A DNA stretch of 64,000 bases from Savitreella phatthalungensis (lineage: Eukaryota). Below are positions 41,509 to 50,939 of the stretch, piece after piece; the stretch's first letter is position 1, and every line of letters starts with the position of its first letter. Under the pieces are notes generated by a model, which saw only the letters and a list, made by a program, of their open reading frames with translations, was not told the origin of the DNA and searched no databases. A program made the translations under genes and the position numbers. The DNA lies in the NCBI GenBank assembly GCA_051599415.1, contig AP039693.1, positions 496,001 through 560,000 on the forward strand, written 5' to 3'.

Positions 41509-43014
41509 ATGGCGGCAGGCCACCATCCACGCATTGCTCAAGCAAATAGAATACCTGACGATGATGACGACGAAACACACAATCACACTCGCTCACCTTC
41601 TACAACCACCACACCTGCTCATGAACCCTACCCTCCGTACAAAACCACATCTGATGGCTTCCCTGTCAACAATAAGCTGAAAAGGTCCAAATACGCAACG
41701 TCCGTCGACGAGCGTGGCTACCTGTCCGTATACGAGTTCATGCTGAACGAGCAGCACATTATGTGGGACTACCACACGGGCTTTGTCCACTTGACTGGGA
41801 TCTGGAAGGCACTTGGAAATAGCAAGACGGACATCGTTCGTCTAGTGGATGCTCATCCTGAGCTAGAAGGTGTCATTCAACGAATACGTGGCGGCTTCCT
41901 TAAAATCCAAGGCACCTGGGTTCCCTTCGATCTCTGCAAAACACTCGCTCAGCGCACATGCTACCCGATCAGGCACGCCCTGATCTCCGTCTTTGGCCCA
42001 GAATTCCCTGACCAGTGCCTCAAGCCAGACGCGATCGGATACGGCACACTCACACTCAACGACGCAGCAGCCCTCGCAGCCACAGCCCACAAACGTAAGC
42101 GCTCCCAGACAACCACAGTCACTCCCACTTCTACCACCATCGCCACCGAGCGAGACCTCCCAAGGCGCAGCAGTGGCGCCTCCGGACTTGATGCGTTACC
42201 GCGATCGATCGAATTGGCTGGGTTTGCTAGTCCTTCGGAAAATGATGTACTGGACCTGCTTCAGGCATCGCGGTCCTTGCAGCGCCTATCGACTGGTATG
42301 TCGTGTGTTCGCGGAAGCATGTCGAGCGCGTCGTTTGGGTCTACCGATGGTCACAATGCTTCTCCGATAGCGAACGAGGATGAAGGCGGCGAGATCGAGA
42401 TTGCTGGAACCCTGTATCGGTGGGATGGTCAAGCTGATCTCAGAGTCCTTTCAAGGGCGTCAACATCCACAACCACTACGAACACATCCAGAGCATATAC
42501 ACCCTCTCTCACACTCACAGACGATTTCTCAGCAGCATCCACAGTATCATCTTCAGCTCCTCCACCACAGACACATGCCACAGGACTCTCACAGTGGTTC
42601 GCACGAAGGCGAACCCGAGGTCATACAACCTCTACAGCCTCCGCCATCATTGATGACGATGATCAGGATGTCATCGACGAAGAACCATGCGCGTCCTCCC
42701 GCACACTTGGTGGGACGTCGATGGCTGGCGGTGTACGATCTGCGTCTGGCGTGTTTGGTGGTGGTGGTGTTGGTGGCGGGTGCGGGTTGGGTGGTGGTGG
42801 TGGGATGATGATGATGCCATTTGCGTCTGCGCACTTGGGCGTCCAACTCCACGTCACTGCTGCCAAGCAATCCTCCCGCACCACCACCACCTCACACAAG
42901 CCCGCCCGGATCACAAACCTTCCACCGAGACCACCACCACACTTCGGATTCCAACCACCACCACATCCCCACCACCAGAACAACCACTCGGACACACGCA
43001 TGCACGACGCATAG
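41509..43014 (+). CDS. APSES/KilA-N domain transcription factor (Xbp1/RgdA-like)
   Basis: IMWDYHTGFVHLTGIWKALG...RIRGGFLKIQGTWVPF...CYPIRHALISVFGPEFPDQC. Confidence 0.85.
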   Translation: MAAGHHPRIAQANRIPDDDDDETHNHTRSPSTTTTPAHEPYPPYKTTSDGFPVNNKLKRSKYATSVDERGYLSVYEFMLNEQHIMWDYHTGFVHLTGIWKALGNSKTDIVRLVDAHPELEGVIQRIRGGFLKIQGTWVPFDLCKTLAQRTCYPIRHALISVFGPEFPDQCLKPDAIGYGTLTLNDAAALAATAHKRKRSQTTTVTPTSTTIATERDLPRRSSGASGLDALPRSIELAGFASPSENDVLDLLQASRSLQRLSTGMSCVRGSMSSASFGSTDGHNASPIANEDEGGEIEIAGTLYRWDGQADLRVLSRASTSTTTTNTSRAYTPSLTLTDDFSAASTVSSSAPPPQTHATGLSQWFARRRTRGHTTSTASAIIDDDDQDVIDEEPCASSRTLGGTSMAGGVRSASGVFGGGGVGGGCGLGGGGGMMMMPFASAHLGVQLHVTAAKQSSRTTTTSHKPARITNLPPRPPPHFGFQPPPHPHHQNNHSDTRMHDA

Positions 43015-43101
43015 CATGGCTCATTCGTTTCTTCAGGATCTTCATCGTTATCGAGCAAAGCAAATCTACTAGCAATCCCCGCAAAAAATCTGCCAGCCAT
43101 C

Positions 43102-45021
43102 TCATAAGTCATCAAATGTCATCCCGCCGGAGGCCTCCTTGCCAATGTCATCTGCCTCAGCCTCGTCGTCGTCGTTAGCATCGTTGTGTCTGTGGTGTTG
43201 TGATTGGAGTCGTCGTTTGTTCTCACGGACGAGATCCTTCCAGTCGTCTTCCTGGTCGCTGTCATTGTCGTCCATGACGACTTCTGCGGTCGTGGTCGTG
43301 TGGTGGCCGCGCTGAGCGTCACGCTTCTTGTGACGCTTGTCGCGTCTATCAAGTCTTTCTACTTTCGCCGCTTTGTTCTTCGACCACGCTCGCTCTTCTC
43401 GGTCTTGGGTCTTATCCAATCTGGGCTTCTTGCTGGTGGAGGTGTTCTCGGGCTTAGCGAGCTCACGCTGCCGCTTGGCTTCCCGGTCCGCGTCTGCATA
43501 CGGGATAGCTGCAGTCTCGAGCTCAGGAAAGACAACACCCTCGACGTCGCGTGCAGGACCGTCCCCGCGAGACAATTCAGGCATCCGCGGTAGCCGCGCA
43601 AGCGCATAAGCCATCCCCATCCCAACCAGGTCAAGCTCACCCAGTCGAAACACAAACGAAAGCTGGTGCTTCTGGTACATCCTCACGTGAGAGACAAATG
43701 CCCGGACCCCCTTGTCGAGGAGGTCGCGATCTGTCAGGACTGGTCGGCGCATAGCGTGTAGAAGGGCGAGTGTTTCGTCTGGGGTGGCTTGCGTGGTTGG
43801 AATTTTGGTGATCGGAATCTTCTTGACCTCGAGGTATCCGATAAAGTCTTCTTCGCGACCGTGGTTCAGGAAGACTACGGCTTTCCCACGTCGACCTGCG
43901 CGACCAGCACGGCCGCATCGGTGGGTGAATGCAGATGGGTCAGAAGGCGGCTCGAGCTGGACGACAAGGTCGACGTCAGGGAAATCGAGACCGCGAGCAG
44001 CCAGATCGGTCGTCACGAGGACTGCAGGTGCCCGTGCCGGAAGTGCAGTGAATGCCTTGTAATTGCGAGCCCGAGCGGCCGGTGCTTGCTTCCCGTGAAG
44101 CGGCACGACTGTAAAGTCAGCGAGCTCTTTCAGCGATGCCAGTAGAGGAGCAAAGTAGTCGACTCCGGCACACGTCGGCAGGTACACAATACTCTTAGGT
44201 AGTCCGTCTTCTGCGGATTGTGTCAGCAGACGTAGTAGCTGGATTGGTTTCTCTCGCGCGTGCATCACCATATACTCGATCGACAGAGATGTCGGCGCTC
44301 GGCGTGTCTCACCCTCACCATTCGCTGCGCCAATCTTTGCACGTACCTGAACGACCACCTTGACTGGATTGCGCAGACCAGTACGGACGAGCGAGGAGAC
44401 GGCATCTGTCATAGTCGCGCTGAAAAGCCCCGTTCGGCGCTGCTTCGGCAGGCGTGAAATGATCCCAGTCAGCACATCGGAGAACCCCATATCGAGTAAC
44501 CGATCTGCTTCGTCCATCACAAGCATCTCAAGCTCCTTGAACGAGCACCACGATGCGGTCGACTTCATGAAGTCATCAATCCGTCCAGGCGTACCAATTA
44601 GCACTGGCGATGAATTGCTGCGGTAAGCCGCGACGTCCTGCTGAACCGATGTCGCACCGCCAATCAGCAGCTGCGCGGATAGCAACGGAGGATCATCTCC
44701 TTCGATGGAGTGTTCGAGCAAGCCCTCAAAGACTGTATGGATTTGCATAGCTAATTCGCGTGTCGGGCAAATAATGAGTGCGCCAACATGATGCCGAGGT
44801 AGCGTCTCCGAGCGACGTATCAGCCGCTCGACAACAGGCAACAGAAATGCAAGTGTTTTGCCAGAGCCCGTGACTGCTTCCACGACGACGTCCTTGTGAC
44901 CCATGAACAGGGGAAGCGTCGATGCTTGAACAGGCGTCATACTGTCAAATCCGAGCGCCCGTACTGCCTCTCGCACCCAGAGCGAGAGAGTAGGCTCGAG
45001 TTTGTCCCATGACCGGGACAT
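43102..45021 (-). CDS. SPB4: DEAD-box rRNA helicase Spb4
   Basis: MTPVQA, EAVTGSGKT, PTRELA, DEAD, RRTGLFSAT, HRCGRAGRAG, and a Spb4-type C-terminal extension. Confidence 0.93.
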   Translation of the reverse strand: MSRSWDKLEPTLSLWVREAVRALGFDSMTPVQASTLPLFMGHKDVVVEAVTGSGKTLAFLLPVVERLIRRSETLPRHHVGALIICPTRELAMQIHTVFEGLLEHSIEGDDPPLLSAQLLIGGATSVQQDVAAYRSNSSPVLIGTPGRIDDFMKSTASWCSFKELEMLVMDEADRLLDMGFSDVLTGIISRLPKQRRTGLFSATMTDAVSSLVRTGLRNPVKVVVQVRAKIGAANGEGETRRAPTSLSIEYMVMHAREKPIQLLRLLTQSAEDGLPKSIVYLPTCAGVDYFAPLLASLKELADFTVVPLHGKQAPAARARNYKAFTALPARAPAVLVTTDLAARGLDFPDVDLVVQLEPPSDPSAFTHRCGRAGRAGRRGKAVVFLNHGREEDFIGYLEVKKIPITKIPTTQATPDETLALLHAMRRPVLTDRDLLDKGVRAFVSHVRMYQKHQLSFVFRLGELDLVGMGMAYALARLPRMPELSRGDGPARDVEGVVFPELETAAIPYADADREAKRQRELAKPENTSTSKKPRLDKTQDREERAWSKNKAAKVERLDRRDKRHKKRDAQRGHHTTTTAEVVMDDNDSDQEDDWKDLVRENKRRLQSQHHRHNDANDDDEAEADDIGKEASGGMTFDDL

Positions 45022-45380
45022 GGCCACCTACAAAGCACGATAACAGACTCAAAATGTCTGATAGTGGTTGCTCTCTACGAGTATATGTGTGTGTATGGGT
45101 TGATGAGGATGTTGTTGTGCCTGCATCCAGGATGAAGTTGATAGGTAAACTTATCAAATTGCATCATCGTGGATTCATCACTTGAATGAGTTGATTCATC
45201 CATGGTAATCTGACAGTTGAAAGAACGCGTCGAATGCACGACTCTACGCCATCACCATCTTCTTCCCTTGCCTCTGGACATCTCCATAAGCACTGGTACA
45301 GCTTCACTCCTGGTCAATGAAGAAGCTCATGAGACTCAAAGCGATTGAGATGATCTCCTTATAGATGAACTCCTAGCATC

Positions 45381-47204
45381 ATGGCAATCAAGAGACTGCC
45401 AGAGTCACAATCACGCGCTCTTAGATCAGCTCAAGTATGCAGTGATGTGCCTGCTATCATCAAGGAGCTTGTAGAAAACGCGCTCGACGCTGGAGCTACG
45501 TCAATCTACGTTTCCCTCGACGGGTACGGTCTGGATGAGATCAGTGTGCGTGACAATGGCAAAGGCATTACCGTTGAAGACGCCTCCAAAGTTGCTCTCT
45601 TTGGCCACACATCTAAGCTCGACTGCATGCATAGTCTGCGCAGCGTCCGTTTTTACGGCTTCCGTGGCGAGGCACTCGCTTCACTGGCCGATGTGTCGGC
45701 ATCATTCGCTCTCGTGACTCGAACGTCCGATGAAGCAATTGCCCGGCACTACAGGCTGGTCGATGGTGTCCTCAGGCAGCTGCACACTTCTAGTGATCCT
45801 GTGGGTACCACGATCATTGCAAGCAAGATCTTTGCGCGGACGCCTGTTCGACGAAACAAGATGATCAAGGATGGTCCACGAAATGCGTCTGCGAAGCTCC
45901 GTGCAATGCTCTCTGCTTACGCCGTTGCTTGCCCGCACGTCCGCTTTCACGCCACCATCAGAAGCACGCGCAAGGGCGAAACACCTGCAATCTTCACCTT
46001 GCCAGCTTCTTCTTCTCGTATCGAGAGTCTCAATCACGCGTTCGCGCCAGACGCAGCGCGAAACTTCTTCGAGATCAGTACGGAAGGAAGTGTAGCCATC
46101 AACGCCATTCTTCCCCTACCTAACCTCGACCCAGCAGTGATTCCGAAAGGTAAAGTGCTCGTGCTAGTCGATGCACGCCCGATGGACATCTCCCGTGGAT
46201 TCGCGAAGCGAATGGTGGCGGTAATCAAGGACGTGCTGCTAGAGAACTGCTCCGACTACTCTACTCCGTCTTTCGTCGTCGAGCTGAGAGGCCAACCTGG
46301 CACGTACGACCAGAACTTCGAGCAGAAGGCAGAGGTCGTGTTCGAGGAGGAAGAAGAAGTCTTGAGCAACGTCAAAGAGGCAGTACACGCAGCTTATGCT
46401 CTGGAGGATACTGCGGACCTGAGCGTCACAGATGCTCATGGAATTGATGAAATGCCCGAACCCACAGCCCAGAGCATCCCAGTCTTCCCCACGCCAAGAA
46501 GCACCGTGAATTCTTCAGGGTCTGGACACGTCGCCGGCTCTAGTCTGGCAATGTTAACACCAGAACGACAACCCCGTCAGTTCAATCCATCTCCCAGTCT
46601 GCCACTGACACCTCGACCGACGAATACACCCGCACGAGTAGCACGGAAAGCACCGAGCGAGTTGCGACCGACGGTGTTCGATCGAATGATGGCGAGCAGG
46701 GAAGAGGATAATTTGGAGGAGGATGTACGACCTGCCAAGAAGCCGCGTACTGCAATATCCAGCATGAAAGAAGTGATTAGCTCGCATACGCTGGATAGCT
46801 TCGTGCAGCCTCAGACAGTCATCGCGAGCACTCTACCAAGGAGTCCGGTCTCAAGCTCTGTCGGTGCACGTGTCTATAATCACGAGGACATCTTCCCAAA
46901 CTCCTCACCGGCCAAGTCGCCGCGCAAAAATCAACAATCTGTGCTAGAGAAAACACTTCTTGTTGATCAAGTCCACAATCACGAAGTGCAGGTCTCCTCG
47001 GATCTTATAGATATCGCCGGCGTCCTACGCAACGACGAGTGCTTCAGCGATGATCTTGTGAGCAGCGTAGCTGAGCCTGCTGCCGTTAGACTTGTGGGGC
47101 AAGTTGACGGAGGGATGCAAATCCTATTTGGCATGTCACACGACACAATCTCAGTGTATGGGCTGCTTGATGGCTCTCTAGACGGCGCACTCCGAGTCAA
47201 ATGA
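45381..47204 (+). CDS. MutL-family mismatch repair protein (Mlh2/human PMS1-like, no endonuclease motif)
   Basis: GHKL motifs IKELVENALDAGA, VRDNGKGI, TSKL, YGFRGEALASL, GTTI; no DQHAxxE motif. Confidence 0.85.
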   Translation: MAIKRLPESQSRALRSAQVCSDVPAIIKELVENALDAGATSIYVSLDGYGLDEISVRDNGKGITVEDASKVALFGHTSKLDCMHSLRSVRFYGFRGEALASLADVSASFALVTRTSDEAIARHYRLVDGVLRQLHTSSDPVGTTIIASKIFARTPVRRNKMIKDGPRNASAKLRAMLSAYAVACPHVRFHATIRSTRKGETPAIFTLPASSSRIESLNHAFAPDAARNFFEISTEGSVAINAILPLPNLDPAVIPKGKVLVLVDARPMDISRGFAKRMVAVIKDVLLENCSDYSTPSFVVELRGQPGTYDQNFEQKAEVVFEEEEEVLSNVKEAVHAAYALEDTADLSVTDAHGIDEMPEPTAQSIPVFPTPRSTVNSSGSGHVAGSSLAMLTPERQPRQFNPSPSLPLTPRPTNTPARVARKAPSELRPTVFDRMMASREEDNLEEDVRPAKKPRTAISSMKEVISSHTLDSFVQPQTVIASTLPRSPVSSSVGARVYNHEDIFPNSSPAKSPRKNQQSVLEKTLLVDQVHNHEVQVSSDLIDIAGVLRNDECFSDDLVSSVAEPAAVRLVGQVDGGMQILFGMSHDTISVYGLLDGSLDGALRVK

Positions 47205-47647
47205 TACCAGACAAGCTTGTCTTCTGACACTCTGGGTTATGCATCCCGAGAACTTGCAGACGTTCCCGCATCGTCCCTGGCATCGACTTTGCTCGCGTCA
47301 TACAAGCAGAATACTGTCAGAATCTCCCGGGCAATCTCCCGTCTGTGAAAAAAATAAAACGCCACCTCGGCGATCTTATCCCCGGTAACCTGTTCCTATC
47401 ACAAGATCTTGCGACGAGGTGCGAGTAGGCGGCAACAGGCCCGAGTGACCAGAAGAACTGAAGTCCCACCTTGTCCACATGCCATTAATTGCTTGGGTGT
47501 CAGATGAACAAGGAGGGGCTATACGAGGTCGGTACCTCAGACTTTAGGGGTTGCTCGAGATGGTGCTCCTCCGTTTCTCTTGTCACACGCTTTCCTTTAT
47601 AAACGCCAAGTGATCCTCCTTCGTGTGAGAGAACCATATCAGTCATT

Positions 47648-49324
47648 ATGACGACTACATATCCTGACAAATGGCGGCCGCGTAGCGCCAGTACCGACAC
47701 GGCCACAGCTACAGCCACAGGCAGTGATCATGAGAAGCAGACTGGTGCTGGTGATAGGACTAATTCCACCTCGCCAGTGGTTGACGACGGACTGCAGAAG
47801 CTGGCAGATGACCGATCGAGCGTGACACTCGGCAATCCAAACGGTCTTACCTGGATTCAAACTTCTGCGCTCCTCGGCACGGAGTATATCTCCCTCGCCA
47901 TCCTGTCGTTCCCATGGTCGTTCTCCTATCTGGGCATCGTGGGTGGAATTCTCGTGACGCTTGTAACTCAGGCGATCGTGGTCTACACAAGTATGATCCT
48001 CTGGCGTTTCTGCATGCAGAATCCCGGAATCAAGCATATCTGCGATATTGGTCAGATACTCTTTGGCGGCCACAGGATCTTCTATGAGCTCACGATGCTC
48101 GGTCTCGTGATCAACAACATTCTGATTGCTGCACTTCACTGTTTGACAGGCAGTATCATGCTCAACACGGTGACCGACCATGGGTTGTGCACGGTAGCGT
48201 TTGCAGGCTTCGTTGCACTCGTGTCGGCTATTTTCACCTTGCCTCGCCAGTTCTCCCAGCTTTCGTGGCTCGGGTGGGTGTCGGCTATCTGCATGTTCAG
48301 CTCGATCGTGGTGGCGATGGTCTTCTCCGCAGTCCAGAACCACCCTGTAGGATATGACGGTACACCTGTCCACTTCAAAGCTGGTGCCACCACATCTGAC
48401 TTCATCTCCGTCTTCTCAGCCACGGAAAACATCATCTACACTCTCGTCGGCACGATTGTCATTCCCTCGTTCGTCGCCGACATGAAGGAGCCTCGAGACT
48501 TCCCAAAGGCGCTCTACATTGTCTCGATCGTCGAAGTGCTGTTGATGGTGATCTGCGGCACGCTCATGTACAGCTACCTGGGTCAGTACACGGTCGCACC
48601 GGTGTTCGGATCCCTGCAGAATGCCAAGATCCCTTACTACCTCGCAATCCCGGCAATCCTGATGATTGGTGTCCTCTACGCCTCAGTCCTCGATCAGTTC
48701 TTGTACATGCGCATCACAAAGGGCACACGCCACGCCATCGATTCTGTCTCTCGCGGTAACACGGCTGGCGGATGGGCGATCTGGACTGGGCTCGTGTTTG
48801 CTACATGGGCACTTGGATTTGTGGTTGCCCAGGTGATTCCGTTCTTCAGCGATCTGTTGTCACTCATGGCTTCACTGCTCGACTCTGCCTTCGGCTTCTA
48901 CTTCTGGGGAGTCGCGTACTTCCACATCAACCCGCAAGCCAGAGTCTGGCTCGCCCGTATTCCCCTGCTTCCGATATCTTGGCGGGTGAAGCTGGCAAGA
49001 TCAGCAGCCGCAATCGAGCCTATTGACGTCGGCGCCCGCAAAGAGCTCGGCCAACCACTCGAGCACCACTCCCACGATCACCACAACCATCACGAAAGCT
49101 CTTCAGACTCCAAACAGAAACTCCAAGCGCTCCTCGCCAACACGCCTCACCAGCCGACGCGCTGGACAACAGCGGAGTGTCTACTGAACATTGTCATCAT
49201 TGCTATCGGCATTCTCATTCTCACCGTCGGATCATGGGTGTCTGTGGCGTCGATCATCAGATCCTACCGCGCAGGCACAGTCGGTCGGCCCTTCAGCTGT
49301 GCCAATAATGGCTTTGTCGTCTAG
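47648..49324 (+). CDS. Amino acid transporter (Aa_trans/AAAP family, Neurospora Mtr-like)
   Basis: LTWIQTSALLGTEYISLAILSFPWSF, HICDIGQ, DMKEPRDFPKAL, VIPFFSDLLSL; about 11 TM segments. Confidence 0.88.
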   Translation: MTTTYPDKWRPRSASTDTATATATGSDHEKQTGAGDRTNSTSPVVDDGLQKLADDRSSVTLGNPNGLTWIQTSALLGTEYISLAILSFPWSFSYLGIVGGILVTLVTQAIVVYTSMILWRFCMQNPGIKHICDIGQILFGGHRIFYELTMLGLVINNILIAALHCLTGSIMLNTVTDHGLCTVAFAGFVALVSAIFTLPRQFSQLSWLGWVSAICMFSSIVVAMVFSAVQNHPVGYDGTPVHFKAGATTSDFISVFSATENIIYTLVGTIVIPSFVADMKEPRDFPKALYIVSIVEVLLMVICGTLMYSYLGQYTVAPVFGSLQNAKIPYYLAIPAILMIGVLYASVLDQFLYMRITKGTRHAIDSVSRGNTAGGWAIWTGLVFATWALGFVVAQVIPFFSDLLSLMASLLDSAFGFYFWGVAYFHINPQARVWLARIPLLPISWRVKLARSAAAIEPIDVGARKELGQPLEHHSHDHHNHHESSSDSKQKLQALLANTPHQPTRWTTAECLLNIVIIAIGILILTVGSWVSVASIIRSYRAGTVGRPFSCANNGFVV

Positions 49325-50242
49325 AAATCATGACAATCGCGTCCCCCAATTCATCTAGCTCTTCCACGATAGTAATGCCCCCTACCTCTATGTTGACCAC
49401 ACTTGTTCGCTCCCTCGAGCAGGCAACGCATACACTCTCGATAAATGGAGCAGCTAGCCTGTACATGCATATGTCTGCTACTTAAAAAGTATGCACGTGA
49501 GCGCATCTTTGATCCACCTGTTTCACGCCCAGAGTGTCATAGGTGCCGACCAAGACTGATCCCCTTGAGTAAATTGTGTTGATGACTCTGAGAAGAACAC
49601 CTTGAGTAAGTGCATGAGCGAGCTGCAGATGTCATGTCGTGATCTCACCCTCAATGGCATCACCTGCTGCAATCATTCAGTATATCTACCTATCTATCAA
49701 TCACGTCTTTGTGAAGATTGAAGAGACAATAGTAATAGGGCAAGCTTGAATCCATTCAAACACTGTATAAATCTCAAAGGTGATCTCATATCTGTTGTGG
49801 AGATCTAAACTTTGTGATATTGTGGATTCAAATTAAAACTAATTTCCAGTGCTCTGAGCTATTGAAAACTAAAAAGACCTGATTAGATTGAAAATTGAGT
49901 GGTGAAATTGAACGATTGAATGAGATCAATGACGCACATCTTTTTTCAACCTCAGCCGTTTTTTCTTGTGAGTCAACAAAATACACTTGAACTAGCTTGG
50001 AATGAAATCTAAATGGTGGCGCTTACCCTTTCAATCCTCATCCACATCAATCATCCTCATCCTCATCCTCATCCACCTCCATCTCTCGGTAGCTGAATCT
50101 CTAACTAGCTAGCTAGCCACTTCACTCACTAGTCAGCTACAGCTACGTAGATCGCTCTTTTGTCTACGTATATAACAAACCCATCATCATCATCATCATC
50201 ATCTACCCTTGTGTCCAAGTCAAATCAAATCTAAGTCTAGCC

Positions 50243-50842
50243 ATGTCTACATCGTACACAGAGAAGAACGCTGCTCCAGAGTCACAGTCACTCGAGTCTC
50301 AGATCAAGACGCTTGGTGACTTCATCGATGGTCAGAAGGTCGGCATGCTGACAACGATCCGTGCAAACTCTGACGATGGGTACCCTGTATCGCGAGCGAT
50401 GGCGGTTGCCGCACGCGAGAACAACGTCGATCTGATCTTCCACACGCACGCCGAGAGTGGGAAGACGCAGGAGATCAAGGAGGAGACGTCCAAGGTGAAC
50501 GTGTCGCTGTACAAGGACAGCACTGGCGAGTGGGTTAGCGTTAGCGGTGACGCCGAGCTTGTGACTGATCGCGAGGTTGTGCGGAAGTACTACAGCGTTG
50601 GTCTGCGTGCGTGGCTGGGGGACAAGGGTGACGGTGTTCACGACGGTGGGCCTGAGGACCCGAGGATCGGCATCATCCGAGTCAAGTCACACACCGTCAC
50701 CTTCGCAATCCAGACATCCACCCAGATCGGCAAGATCTACGGCATCGCAAAGGGCATCGTCACCGGAGAGGTACCACAGTTCCAGGAAATCGTCGAACTC
50801 TCATCAGACAGGATCAACAAGGCCAGAGCACTCAAGGTCTAG
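50243..50842 (+). CDS. Bli-3-like protein (pyridoxamine 5'-phosphate oxidase-like FMN-binding fold)
   Basis: GMLTT..PVSRAMAVA..DLIFHT..SGKT..WVSVSG..LRAWLGDKGDGVHDGGPEDPRIGII. Confidence 0.85.
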   Translation: MSTSYTEKNAAPESQSLESQIKTLGDFIDGQKVGMLTTIRANSDDGYPVSRAMAVAARENNVDLIFHTHAESGKTQEIKEETSKVNVSLYKDSTGEWVSVSGDAELVTDREVVRKYYSVGLRAWLGDKGDGVHDGGPEDPRIGIIRVKSHTVTFAIQTSTQIGKIYGIAKGIVTGEVPQFQEIVELSSDRINKARALKV

Positions 50843-50939
50843 TCGCCAAAAAGGCGGAAAGGAAGAAGCAATGATTTTAAAAGGGCGCGTACGTGTGGTC
50901 TCTCTGCATGAGTGAATTACCCATCTCATTAAATGGTCG

